From positions 73,296 to 137,295 of the forward strand of contig CAUUCP010000001.1 of the NCBI GenBank assembly GCA_963543925.1: a DNA stretch of 64,000 nucleotides. Direction: 5' to 3'. Position numbers and translations under genes: made by a program. This document shows positions 1-9,031 of the stretch, piece by piece (position 1 is the first letter of the stretch; every line of letters begins with the position of its first letter). The DNA is from an uncultured Bacteroidia bacterium (GTDB lineage Bacteria; Bacteroidota; Bacteroidia; Bacteroidales; CAJPTX01). The notes under the pieces were generated by a model, which saw only the letters and a program-made list of their open reading frames with translations, had not been told where the DNA came from and made no database searches.

Positions 1-174
1 GATGCCCTGTCTAAAACAGGGACTATTGGCACTATAGTTGTGTGAGTTTTTGGTTTGGTGATGGTGTGGATGGGCGATGAGGGCGATAGGGCGATGAGCG
101 GTAGAGTTATGAGAGCGATAGAGCGGCTTCTCTCCCCCCTCTCCCTTCCATTTTATTTATAGAGAACCTTAGTC

Positions 175-621
175 ATGGAATCGAAGATAGAAATTTATCA
201 GGCCTTGTGGCACTCCTTTTTTGGTTTGCGGGCTACAATAGATCAGGCCTTGAATCATCCTCCGACGGAGGGGATTTCGTTTGAGGATGCGATTTTGCTT
301 TCACAAGTTGCTGAGCGTGGAGAGATTAGTCTGCGAGACATCGCTCGTACGAGTGAACGCGACATTGGTTCAGTCTCTCGGCAGTGTACTCGTCTTGAGG
401 CAAGAGGGTGGATTATCAAGCAACGTAGTGTGAATGATGCTCGTTTATGCTTGCTTTCTGTGACGGAGTCTACGCTCAAGGTGTTGCCTTTGATAGATGA
501 GACGATAGATCGTGTGATTGGCGAGTGTATCCAAGCACTTTCGTTGGAAGACCGACAGGAGTTGGTTCGTATGCTTTTTGTGGTTAATAAGCAGATATCT
601 GTTTTGCGTCGTAAGAAGTAA
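175..621 (+). CDS. MarR-family winged-helix transcriptional regulator
   Basis: 148-aa ORF. The wHTH-like stretch ISLRDIARTSERDIGSVSRQCTRLEARGWIIKQR is typical of MarR/SlyA. Confidence 0.75.
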   Translation: MESKIEIYQALWHSFFGLRATIDQALNHPPTEGISFEDAILLSQVAERGEISLRDIARTSERDIGSVSRQCTRLEARGWIIKQRSVNDARLCLLSVTESTLKVLPLIDETIDRVIGECIQALSLEDRQELVRMLFVVNKQISVLRRKK

Positions 622-643
622 GGGGGGGAGACTTGGTGCTTTA

Positions 644-1159
644 ATGGGACGCGTGGAGGCTACATTTTTTTTCCTTTGGGGTGTTGCGACGTTGGTCACC
701 TCGTTGGTGGTTTATTTTGCTCAAGGGTATTTGTCTAGTGTTGGGATGTTCTGGGGTCTCGTTCCGTTTTTTGGGCTTACGGGATCTTATTTTTTGGTTC
801 GTTATTATCGTCGTCTGGGTCGTATTTTTTTTGGTGAGACGCGTCATGCTATTGCTGCAACGTGGAGTATTTTGGGACCGACCATTGGTTTGGTAGGTTT
901 TGACTCCCCTACTCCGTTGGTGGGTAAGTTGGTTGTTTTGGGTGCTGGGGTTGCAGTTACGGGAGGTTTGTTGCGCCATCGTCCAACGCTTTGGGTAGGT
1001 GTTTTTTGTGCTTTGAGTAGTCTTTTACTTCGTCAAATTTCACTTACTTTGCAGCCCGTAATTTTTGGAGTAGTGACCTTTGTAAGTATGACGATACCGA
1101 GTCTCCATCTTCTTTTTCGTAGTATGCTGGGATTGCAGCAAATACCTCCATCTCGATGA
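644..1159 (+). CDS. small multi-pass membrane protein, function unknown
   Basis: ORF 518..1159 trimmed to the first ATG after the MarR stop (644). It has several hydrophobic helices (FFFLWGVATLVTSLVVYF, LVVLGAGVAVTGGLL, VIFGVVTFVSMTI). Confidence 0.5.
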   Translation: MGRVEATFFFLWGVATLVTSLVVYFAQGYLSSVGMFWGLVPFFGLTGSYFLVRYYRRLGRIFFGETRHAIAATWSILGPTIGLVGFDSPTPLVGKLVVLGAGVAVTGGLLRHRPTLWVGVFCALSSLLLRQISLTLQPVIFGVVTFVSMTIPSLHLLFRSMLGLQQIPPSR

Positions 1160-2211
1160 AGCGTGTCGGGGGGGCGGTGCAACGGACGATTTCGTTAGAG
1201 AATTTCGCCTTGTTAGAGATTCTTGGGGTTAATAATCAGCGTTTTGTTCGTATTCAGGAGCAGTTTCCAGATTTGCGTCTCGTCTCTCGAGGTTCTGAGT
1301 TACTGGTTGAGGGGACGCTCCATCGGATTGCTGAGCTTGAGCGTCTTGTATTTGCCCTTGAGGCGGTTTATATGCGGTGGCAGACGATTGATGATCACGA
1401 GTTTGAGCGTTTGCTTTTGGGCGGGAGGTCTAGCGAGAGGCGGTCGTTGTCCTCTTCTGAGGTTACGTCGGGGGGTGGTGTTATTGTTTACGGTTCGAGT
1501 GGTGTGCGTATCGCTCCGCGTACGCAGCAGCAACGGGTGTTGGTGGACGCAGAGCAAAGCAATGACATTTTGTTTGCTATAGGTCCTGCAGGTACGGGTA
1601 AGACCTATATTGCTATCGCATTGGCGGTTCGCGCATTGCGTGCGCGTAGTATTCGTCGTATCATCCTTACTCGTCCAGCAGTTGAGGCTGGGGAACGTTT
1701 GGGGTTTCTCCCAGGGGATTTGAAAGATAAGTTAGACCCTTATCTTCAGCCTCTTTATGATGCGCTGAATGATATGATGCCAGCAGCGACACTGCAGTCG
1801 TTGCTTCATGAGGGTACGATACAGATTTCTCCTCTTGCTTATATGCGAGGTCGTACGTTGGACAATGCGTACGTAATACTTGACGAGGCACAGAATGCTA
1901 CAATTCCTCAGATAAAGATGTTTTTGACACGTCTTGGTCGCAATGCCAAGGCGATAGTTACGGGCGACCTCACACAGGTAGACCTTCCTCGTCCTCAGCT
2001 TTCGGGTTTAGTCCCAACGTTGCAGATAGTGCGTGCTATTCCTGGTGTAGCGGTTGTGGAGATGGGGGTTGAAGATATAGTGCGTCATCGTTTGGTTTCG
2101 GATATTGTCGAGGCTTTTCGGGTGTGGGAAAGCCGACGATGGAATGAAATAGGAGTCGAGGAGGAGGAGGGAGAGTCCACTCCTCCGTCAATATTAGAGA
2201 ACCATGAGTAA
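1156..2211 (+). CDS. phoH: PhoH-family ATPase
   Basis: Walker A GPAGTGKTY and the LDEAQN box are present. There is an ATGA start/stop overlap with the upstream gene. Confidence 0.85.
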   Translation: MKRVGGAVQRTISLENFALLEILGVNNQRFVRIQEQFPDLRLVSRGSELLVEGTLHRIAELERLVFALEAVYMRWQTIDDHEFERLLLGGRSSERRSLSSSEVTSGGGVIVYGSSGVRIAPRTQQQRVLVDAEQSNDILFAIGPAGTGKTYIAIALAVRALRARSIRRIILTRPAVEAGERLGFLPGDLKDKLDPYLQPLYDALNDMMPAATLQSLLHEGTIQISPLAYMRGRTLDNAYVILDEAQNATIPQIKMFLTRLGRNAKAIVTGDLTQVDLPRPQLSGLVPTLQIVRAIPGVAVVEMGVEDIVRHRLVSDIVEAFRVWESRRWNEIGVEEEEGESTPPSILENHE

Positions 2212-3145
2212 CGTAATCCTACATACGAACTGCCCATTTTTGGGGGTTCAGTCACGTTTTCAAGGGAAGGTGCGTGACGTTTATCATCTCGCGGGAGGTC
2301 AGATAGCCCTTGTGGTAACCGATCGAATTTCGGCGTTTGATGTAGTCCTTCCTTGGGGTATTGAGCATAAGGGTGCTGTGCTTAACGGTATTGCTTACCA
2401 AGCTTTGGAGGCAACGCGGGAGATTGTCCCCAATTGGATGACGGCTATGCCAGATCCGATGGTTATGTTGGGGCTAGATTGTCAGCCATTTGCGATAGAG
2501 GTGATCGTGCGTGGGTATCTTTGTGGGAGTGCATGGCGGGAGTATAAAAATGGGGTTCGTAGTCTGTGTGGCGTATCGCTGCCACAGGGGATGAAAGAGT
2601 ATGATGCTTTTGTTAATCCCATTCTTACGCCGACGACCAAGGCAGAGGCTGGTCATGACGAGAATATTTCTCGGGCGGAGATCCTTTCTCGTGGTCTCGT
2701 GTCACCTGAATATTATGAACAGATAGAGCGTTATGCGTTAGCGCTTTTTGAGTCTGGATCGAAGCTTGCAGCAAAGCGCGGGTTGATCTTGGCGGATACT
2801 AAGTATGAGTTTGGGTTGCGAGATGGCAAGGTCTATTTGATCGATGAGGTGCATACACCGGACTCTTCTCGTTATTTTGAAGCTGTTGATTTTGAGAGTA
2901 GTATACGGTCAGGGAGAGCTCCTCGCCAGTTGTCGAAGGAGTTTGTGCGTCAATGGTTGATGGATAATGGCTTTTCGGGGAAGTCGGGAGAACAGATTCC
3001 AGTCCTCTCTCCAGAGAAAGCACAGGAGATTTCGGGGCGATATCTCGAACTCTATGAGCGTCTTGTGGGTAAGAAGCTCGAACATGATACGTCGGAGGGT
3101 TTTGAGCAGCGAATGGTTGCGAGTGTGAATGAATGTATTAAATAG
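2204..3145 (+). CDS. purC: phosphoribosylaminoimidazole-succinocarboxamide (SAICAR) synthase
   Basis: 313 aa with GKVRDVY and LADTKYEFG motifs. It overlaps phoH by 8 nt. Confidence 0.85.
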   Translation: MSNVILHTNCPFLGVQSRFQGKVRDVYHLAGGQIALVVTDRISAFDVVLPWGIEHKGAVLNGIAYQALEATREIVPNWMTAMPDPMVMLGLDCQPFAIEVIVRGYLCGSAWREYKNGVRSLCGVSLPQGMKEYDAFVNPILTPTTKAEAGHDENISRAEILSRGLVSPEYYEQIERYALALFESGSKLAAKRGLILADTKYEFGLRDGKVYLIDEVHTPDSSRYFEAVDFESSIRSGRAPRQLSKEFVRQWLMDNGFSGKSGEQIPVLSPEKAQEISGRYLELYERLVGKKLEHDTSEGFEQRMVASVNECIK

Positions 3146-3146
3146 T

Positions 3147-3154
3147 TACCTTTG
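3147..3154 (+). promoter_or_regulatory. candidate Bacteroidota -7 promoter box (TAnnTTTG) for dnaN
   Basis: tacctttg is an exact TAnnTTTG match, 25 nt upstream of the dnaN ATG. Confidence 0.45.
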
Positions 3155-3178
3155 TGGGGAGTATAGAAAAACGATACG

Positions 3179-4390
3179 ATGCGATTTAAAGTAGATACAC
3201 AAGCGTTGTTCGACGCGTGGACTTATTTGTCTAAAGTGGTAACGCGTGGAATACCCTTTGATGGAGTGGATTTTGTAGCCAAGGGGGATGTTCTGACACT
3301 CACCCATACGGATCCGGAGGTGGCGGTTCGCGTCACGATCTCTGGGGTTGAGATCATTGAGGAGGGGACGGTCTTTTTCCCATTGAAGTCCCTTACAGAG
3401 TCTACCAAGGGGCTTTCTGGGAATAAGATGATGGTGGAGGTATGGACGGAGGCCAATGATGGAGATTTCAAGCAGTTGCGTGTCCATTCTAAGGATGATG
3501 CGGGGGGATCGGGACGAATGCCTTGTTTGGAGGAGGGTAACTTTCAGCTCTTTGAGCTTGCAGAGGAGAGTGAGTTGGAGAGTATAACACTTACGCAACG
3601 TATTATCAAACGAGGTATTGCGAATACGATTTTTGCGATCAATTCAGGGGTTCGTTCTCCGCATCAGATTTTGCTAGCAGAGTTTGTTGAGATAGAGCCG
3701 GATAAGGTAACCTTTATTGGTTCGAGCTTGAATCATTTCGCGAGTTATACGGTGAGTGGTCGGGATAATAATGGGATATCGAAAAAGCTCATGATTCCGC
3801 AAAAGGGGGCGTCCATTTTGGAGGGGATTATGAAGGATCTTCCCGACGCGGAGGTGAAATTCTCCTTTAATGATGAGTTTTTGCTCGTGGAGATGGGTGA
3901 GATATCGTTGGTGGCTCGTCTTAGAGATGAGGAGCGTTATCCTGATTTCAAATCGATGCGTACTCCTAAGGAGTCAACGTTTGAGCTTATCGTTTCTCGC
4001 GCTGATTTTTACGCAGCAGTGAACTATATCAATAGCTACGTTGGGCAAAAGGGGTTATCTGGGGTTCTTACCGTGAAAGATTCTACGCTTTATCTGGGTG
4101 TTGATGAGGCAGCGGATGGAGTTACTGCAGCAAACAAGAGTATTCCTTGTGATGCACAGTTTGACGAGGAGTTTACGATAGGATTCCGTTTGGATATCCT
4201 TGCTGCGGCCTGTACACACGTAGAGTCTCAGGATATAAACATTCTTTTACCTAAGAATATGGGGCAGGCTGCTTATATCTATCCGACGCAGAATACGGAG
4301 GAGAACGTTTGGTTTGAGCAGCTGGTTGCTAGTAATGCGACACCACCGCAGAATAAGGCTATCGCAGAAGATCAAATACCAGAGGCGTGA
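3179..4390 (+). CDS. dnaN: DNA polymerase III beta sliding clamp (diverged)
   Basis: 403 aa. The N-terminus MRFKVDTQALFDAWTYLSKVV and the length and domain pattern fit a beta clamp. It is followed by an exonuclease gene, as in many Bacteroidota. It carries an extra Gly/acidic insertion. Confidence 0.7.
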   Translation: MRFKVDTQALFDAWTYLSKVVTRGIPFDGVDFVAKGDVLTLTHTDPEVAVRVTISGVEIIEEGTVFFPLKSLTESTKGLSGNKMMVEVWTEANDGDFKQLRVHSKDDAGGSGRMPCLEEGNFQLFELAEESELESITLTQRIIKRGIANTIFAINSGVRSPHQILLAEFVEIEPDKVTFIGSSLNHFASYTVSGRDNNGISKKLMIPQKGASILEGIMKDLPDAEVKFSFNDEFLLVEMGEISLVARLRDEERYPDFKSMRTPKESTFELIVSRADFYAAVNYINSYVGQKGLSGVLTVKDSTLYLGVDEAADGVTAANKSIPCDAQFDEEFTIGFRLDILAAACTHVESQDINILLPKNMGQAAYIYPTQNTEENVWFEQLVASNATPPQNKAIAEDQIPEA

Positions 4391-5217
4391 TGACAACACC
4401 TAGTACATTGGCTTGGCGTTCTAGTTCGTTGTCCAGTTCCTTGTTTGCAGAACTGGAGTTGCGTCGTCCGTTGCTTTTTTTTGATTTGGAGACTACGGGG
4501 ATCGATCCCGTGACTTCGCGCGTGTTGCAGATTGCGCTTTTGCAGGTATTGGAGGATGGGTCGTCTCGAGAATGGGATAGTTTGGTGAATCCTACAGTGC
4601 CTATTCCTCCGGAGACGACGGCGATACATGGGGTGACGGATGCGATGGTGGTTGATGCCCCTACTTTTCAGGAGCTTGCTCCAGTGTTAGCACCCATTTT
4701 CCAAGATTCGGACTTGGCGGGTTATAATTCTACGCGCTTTGATGTTCCGATGATCCTTGAGGAGTTTGCACGTGCACATATTTATTTAGATTTTTCGCAG
4801 CACGCTCTTCTTGACGCGCATCTTATCTTTACACAGAAGGAGCCTCGGACGCTTACGGCGGCTTATCGTTATTACTGCCAAGGGGAATTGGTTGATGCGC
4901 ACTCTGCCATGGCGGATACACGCGCTTCGGCGCAGGTCTTAATGGCGCAGCTCAAGCATTACACAGACCTTCCTTCGCAAGTAGAGTCGTTGTCGCTTTA
5001 TTGTAATAATGGACAGAAGATTTTGGACTTTTCTAACCGGCTTGGGTATAACGAGAAGGGGGAAATTGTCTTTAACTTTGGAAAGTACAAGGGGCAACAG
5101 GTGCGAGAGGTTTTTCGTCAGAACGACAGCTATTATGGTTGGATGATGCAGGCAGACTTTTCGGTTCAGGTGAAGGAGGTGATTTCGAAAATCTATAAGG
5201 AACTCCACAGTGCATAA
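4387..5217 (+). CDS. DnaQ-like 3'-5' exonuclease (DEDDh)
   Basis: ExoI FFDLETTG, ExoII YNSTRFDVPM and ExoIII HSAMADT are present. It overlaps the dnaN stop by 4 nt. Confidence 0.8.
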   Translation: MMTTPSTLAWRSSSLSSSLFAELELRRPLLFFDLETTGIDPVTSRVLQIALLQVLEDGSSREWDSLVNPTVPIPPETTAIHGVTDAMVVDAPTFQELAPVLAPIFQDSDLAGYNSTRFDVPMILEEFARAHIYLDFSQHALLDAHLIFTQKEPRTLTAAYRYYCQGELVDAHSAMADTRASAQVLMAQLKHYTDLPSQVESLSLYCNNGQKILDFSNRLGYNEKGEIVFNFGKYKGQQVREVFRQNDSYYGWMMQADFSVQVKEVISKIYKELHSA

Positions 5218-5247
5218 TGTAGTGTGGATGTAATTATTGGTAATAAG

Positions 5248-5282
5248 GCACCAGTTACTAGGTAATAGTGGCTGGTGCTTTT
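5248..5282 (+). terminator. rho-independent terminator after the exonuclease gene
   Basis: Stem gcaccag (5248-5254) pairs with ctggtgc (5272-5278), extended by act/agt, and is followed by tttt. Confidence 0.6.
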
Positions 5283-5304
5283 GTCATTATAGTGTAACGG
5301 GTTA

Positions 5305-5874
5305 ATGAAGATTATTCGATTCCTAGACTCTGGCGAGGTGGTGGTGTGCAGTGATACGTCACGTGCTAATCGTGGCGAGGTATATGTTTTTCCTGTGTCG
5401 GGGGTGTATGAGGTGACTCCGTGTGTTTATTTTCATGTTTGTCAGAATTCTCGCACATTGCCTCAGGGTGCGGCATTGGAGCGTTGTGTTGATGCGTATG
5501 GTTATGTCTTGCATATTGAAAATCAGAGCTATGCGAATAATCTAGAGGCTATGGCTCGGGTTTATAGTGCAGATCGTTCTATTATTGCTAGTGGGAGTGC
5601 TTTACTTCCTGATGGAGGGATAGAGGTCTTGGGCGCATACGAACTTGTTGTGGAGGCTGGTGGCGTGCGGTATGATCTGGCGTTACGAGGCTGGGAGAAG
5701 CTTGCCCATCGGGTTGCAGAGTTGCGGAGTTGGCTTACTTTGAATGCGGGGGATTGGCTTTTGTTCCCGTTATGTTTTTCATCAATAAAAATGCCACGTG
5801 TTGTATCTATTTTCTCTCGTATCTCGTTCTACGAAGAGAATCGTTTAGTACTTGACGAGTTATTTCGATCCTAA
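5305..5874 (+). CDS. hypothetical protein, possibly a degenerate FAH-fold (fumarylacetoacetate-hydrolase-like) protein
   Basis: 189-aa ORF. The C-terminal pattern ELVVEAGGVRYDLALRGW..LTLNAGDWLLFPL loosely resembles the FAH-family '..NGe....mif....L.pGDli.TGTP' motif, but the catalytic residues are not recognisable. Confidence 0.3.
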   Translation: MKIIRFLDSGEVVVCSDTSRANRGEVYVFPVSGVYEVTPCVYFHVCQNSRTLPQGAALERCVDAYGYVLHIENQSYANNLEAMARVYSADRSIIASGSALLPDGGIEVLGAYELVVEAGGVRYDLALRGWEKLAHRVAELRSWLTLNAGDWLLFPLCFSSIKMPRVVSIFSRISFYEENRLVLDELFRS

Positions 5875-5880
5875 TATTTC

Positions 5881-7557
5881 ATGTCAGAATCTATTCACGC
5901 CGTTTGTGGCGTTAGCGCACCGTTCTTTTCTAAAGAGGCTCGGGGATTGTTGTTGCAAATTATGGGTGAACAAGTGTCACTTATACATTTACAGACTCCC
6001 CCTTATGCCCATTTACACAACGAGTATTTTCTTTCTAGTGAGGAGATTGGGCGAGTTATTGATTTTGCAAGAGCGCAGCATCTTTTACAGGAGGATGCTC
6101 ATGGTCTTTTGCATTACACTCACTTGCATTTTTCCGTCCTTCTTTTACAGTTGGAGGAGTATTATGCTTCTCAATCTGTAGCGCATCGCTACTTGACGAG
6201 CACGGATTTGGAGTCTATTTTCTCCGATGATTTCTTCCAAGCGTCGCTCTATTACTTGCAACGTATATTTCATATTTTGCTTCGACGCGAACGTCACGCT
6301 TTGGCAGAAAAACCAGGGCGTATCCTTCTTCTTCGCTTGATGTCGCAGCTTTGGTTGTCGGTCTTTGAAACGCTTCCGGCTTTTGAGCAAAGTTCGCTCC
6401 CACTTCTTCAACTCTATTTTGTCTTGCGTGACAATCACTATCAGTTCGAAGTCGCGTATTTTCGTAAACAGCTTCAGACGTCGCCGTACCTCTTGGAGGT
6501 GTTGTCGCTTTTCTCTTGGGAGTATTCTCGGGCACAAGCTGGGAGTTTTCCTATTGATCTTCTTACGTTTGCCAAGAATATAGGTTTATCTCCTACGGAT
6601 ACCTCTTTACTTTGGTCTGCAGTAAGGGATTTGATGCGGTGGGTTGGTGGGTGTGATCCTCGGATAGCGGCGCGTTTGTCGTTGCTCCGTGAGGATTTTC
6701 AACGTACGGCATCTATCATTTTTCTACAGATAAAGAATGAGGATTATGCCTTGGGGCATTCTTGGGATGGGATGCTCTTTTCGGAGACGACCGAGGAAGA
6801 GCAGACTCCCCTGACCGAGATCGCTGCGGTATGTAAAGAGATTGAGGGGGATATGGAGGAGTATGATCCTGTAGACCAAGGTGCTTTTTTTGTTTTTATC
6901 GGGGCATCGGGACGTGGTCAACGCGATGCGGCGCGTGCTTTGCGGTATCAGCTTTCACAGATTGATGGTTGGCGTTATACGACGGGCTACTATGAGTGGG
7001 ATGTACAAAAGTTGTTGCATGCCCCTTGTACGGAATGGGAGGCTCGTTTGGCGCGTTATCCTCAGGGGGCGATTTATTTTTACAATTTCCCTCCGCTTGT
7101 CATGGCAGACCAAAAGGAAGAGGTTGAGACTTTGCGTGTGTTTTTGCAACGCGTGAGTGAGAACCTGATGGGGCGGATGTATATATTCGATTTCGTCTCT
7201 CCGACCTATATCCAACACTATCTTCCAGTGCTAGAATCGTTACCACTGTGGGTGATCCATTTTCCAGCTTATAGCAAGGCTTATTTGAAACATCATTTCA
7301 AGCAACTGGGGATAATGGCCGAGGTGGATATAGAGCCTACGGTCTATATCCGTTTGGGAGAATTGTATGAAAAGACGGCACCGTTATTCGATCATGGGAT
7401 TGCTGCAGACCTATTCGTTTATCAGCTTTTTGCGGAATCGCTTCAAAATATGTCGTTACGGGTGAAGGAGAACTATCTTAGAAGTGAGGTACTCCTCTCC
7501 TCTGCTATTACAGCCGAGGATTTGCGTGTGGCGCTGAATACAATCTTACACCTATAA
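5881..7557 (+). CDS. hypothetical protein with a C-terminal degenerate AAA+-like (CbbX/SpoVK-like) module
   Basis: 558-aa ORF starting 6 nt after the previous gene. FFVFIGASGRGQRDAARAL sits where a Walker A would be (Lys replaced by Gln), and AIYFYNFPPL sits where a Walker B would be. The N-terminal ~330 aa were not recognised. Confidence 0.35.
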   Translation: MSESIHAVCGVSAPFFSKEARGLLLQIMGEQVSLIHLQTPPYAHLHNEYFLSSEEIGRVIDFARAQHLLQEDAHGLLHYTHLHFSVLLLQLEEYYASQSVAHRYLTSTDLESIFSDDFFQASLYYLQRIFHILLRRERHALAEKPGRILLLRLMSQLWLSVFETLPAFEQSSLPLLQLYFVLRDNHYQFEVAYFRKQLQTSPYLLEVLSLFSWEYSRAQAGSFPIDLLTFAKNIGLSPTDTSLLWSAVRDLMRWVGGCDPRIAARLSLLREDFQRTASIIFLQIKNEDYALGHSWDGMLFSETTEEEQTPLTEIAAVCKEIEGDMEEYDPVDQGAFFVFIGASGRGQRDAARALRYQLSQIDGWRYTTGYYEWDVQKLLHAPCTEWEARLARYPQGAIYFYNFPPLVMADQKEEVETLRVFLQRVSENLMGRMYIFDFVSPTYIQHYLPVLESLPLWVIHFPAYSKAYLKHHFKQLGIMAEVDIEPTVYIRLGELYEKTAPLFDHGIAADLFVYQLFAESLQNMSLRVKENYLRSEVLLSSAITAEDLRVALNTILHL

Positions 7558-7602
7558 ATTGTGTACTATTGCGTGGCGATAACGTGGGGTAGACACGGGA
7601 AT

Positions 7603-8937
7603 ATGTTGGAGGCATCGGATTTTACGCGAGGGCGGATTACGCCTCAGATTATGAGGTTAGCGCTCCCTATTATGGGGACGGCCTTTATTCAGATGGCGTA
7701 TAATATGGCCGATTTTTACTGGATCGGTCACCTTAGTGGGCTCGCAGCGGCAGCGGTGGGCGCTATGGGTCTCTTTACGTGGTTGGGTCTCTCGTTGAGT
7801 TTTTTACCTAAGGTCGGAGCAGAGATCACTATCTCCCAGAGTATTGGGGCGCGTACCTATCAGCGTGCTATGCGCTATGCCCAGCATGCTCTTTTGTTAG
7901 CTCTTCTTCTTGGTTTGGCTTTTGGTCTTTTTCTTTTTGTGTTTCAGCGTCCGTTAGTTGCTTTTTTCACCTTTACCTCTCCAGAGGCTGTGCGTTATGC
8001 TGAGGATTATCTGGCGATTGTCTCTTTGGGTAGTCCTTTTGCCTTTTTGAATGCGACGTTCTTTGGGCTTTATAATGGTCGTGGGAAGTCTAATCTCGCA
8101 TTTTTAGCTAATGGGTCTGGGTTGTTGATGAACTTGATTTTAGATCCGTTGCTTATTGAGGGGTATCTATTTTTTCCTCGTCTAGAGGTTGTGGGTGCTG
8201 CGTGGGCTACGGATATTGCACAGGCGATAGTGACGTTGTTGTTCCTTCTCCTTAACGTGTCGCGTAAAGCTCCTTTTCATGGACTGTTTCGTAGTTTTCG
8301 TCTTTCACGTGCTTTTCTTGAGCGGATTGTACGCCTAGGTATCCCAGTTACCTTTCTGAATGGGTTATTTGCTTTTATCTCGTTGGTGATAGCCCGTCTT
8401 GTCGCTCGGTGGGGAGATCTCGGGGTGGCGGTGCAGTCGGTAGGTGCACAGATAGAGGCTATTTCTTGGATGACGGCAGGTGGTTTCTCTACAGCGCTCT
8501 CTAGTTTTGTGGGTCAGAATTGGGGCGCACACAACCTCGCTCGTATCAAGAAGGGATACCGTATTACGCTTACTTACATGCTCTCATTGGGTGGAGTAAC
8601 GACGTTGCTTTTTATGCTCTTTGGTGCTGAAATTATTGGCTTTTTTATCCCAGAGCCAGAGGCGCAAAGACTGGGGGGGGAGTATCTGTTTATCATCGGG
8701 ATTTCTCAAATCTTTATGATATTGGAGATTACCAATTCTGGAGTCTTCAATGGTATTGGGCGTACGACGCATCCTGCCGTGGTGGGCACGACATTTAATC
8801 TTTTGCGCATCCCACTTGGCTTGTGGTGGGGAGCGATTTGTTTGGAGGGGATTTGGTGGGGGATTACCGTGTCGAGTATTTTGAAAGGTCTTGTGCTTAC
8901 AGGGGTGCTTGTCTTCCTTTATCGTAAACGTCTTTGA
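7603..8937 (+). CDS. MATE-family multidrug/oligosaccharide efflux transporter
   Basis: About 12 TM helices with a MatE-like N-terminus ITPQIMRLALPIMGTAFIQMAYNMADFYWIGHLS. The ORF opens with GTG at 7561, and the first ATG at 7603 is used here. Confidence 0.8.
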   Translation: MLEASDFTRGRITPQIMRLALPIMGTAFIQMAYNMADFYWIGHLSGLAAAAVGAMGLFTWLGLSLSFLPKVGAEITISQSIGARTYQRAMRYAQHALLLALLLGLAFGLFLFVFQRPLVAFFTFTSPEAVRYAEDYLAIVSLGSPFAFLNATFFGLYNGRGKSNLAFLANGSGLLMNLILDPLLIEGYLFFPRLEVVGAAWATDIAQAIVTLLFLLLNVSRKAPFHGLFRSFRLSRAFLERIVRLGIPVTFLNGLFAFISLVIARLVARWGDLGVAVQSVGAQIEAISWMTAGGFSTALSSFVGQNWGAHNLARIKKGYRITLTYMLSLGGVTTLLFMLFGAEIIGFFIPEPEAQRLGGEYLFIIGISQIFMILEITNSGVFNGIGRTTHPAVVGTTFNLLRIPLGLWWGAICLEGIWWGITVSSILKGLVLTGVLVFLYRKRL

Positions 8938-9031
8938 GTGTGCACAATAAAAGCTAGGCAAAAGGGGTTATTACCAGACAAGTCGGTAGAGAGGAAACAA
9001 GAGGTAGTAACTAGGGTAAGCTTTATACACA

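Noticed and set aside
1-174. Window start as a third copy of the 320-bp element
   Set aside because: Only a short aatgga(a)gggaga-like match is present, and its position relative to the tandem repeats is not colinear with copies A and B. The evidence is insufficient and the region is truncated by the window edge.
3146-5304. oriC next to dnaN
   Set aside because: There is no dnaA gene and no cluster of TTATCCACA-like boxes. Only an isolated tgtggatgt occurs at about 5224, and the flanking gaps are 33 and 87 bp.
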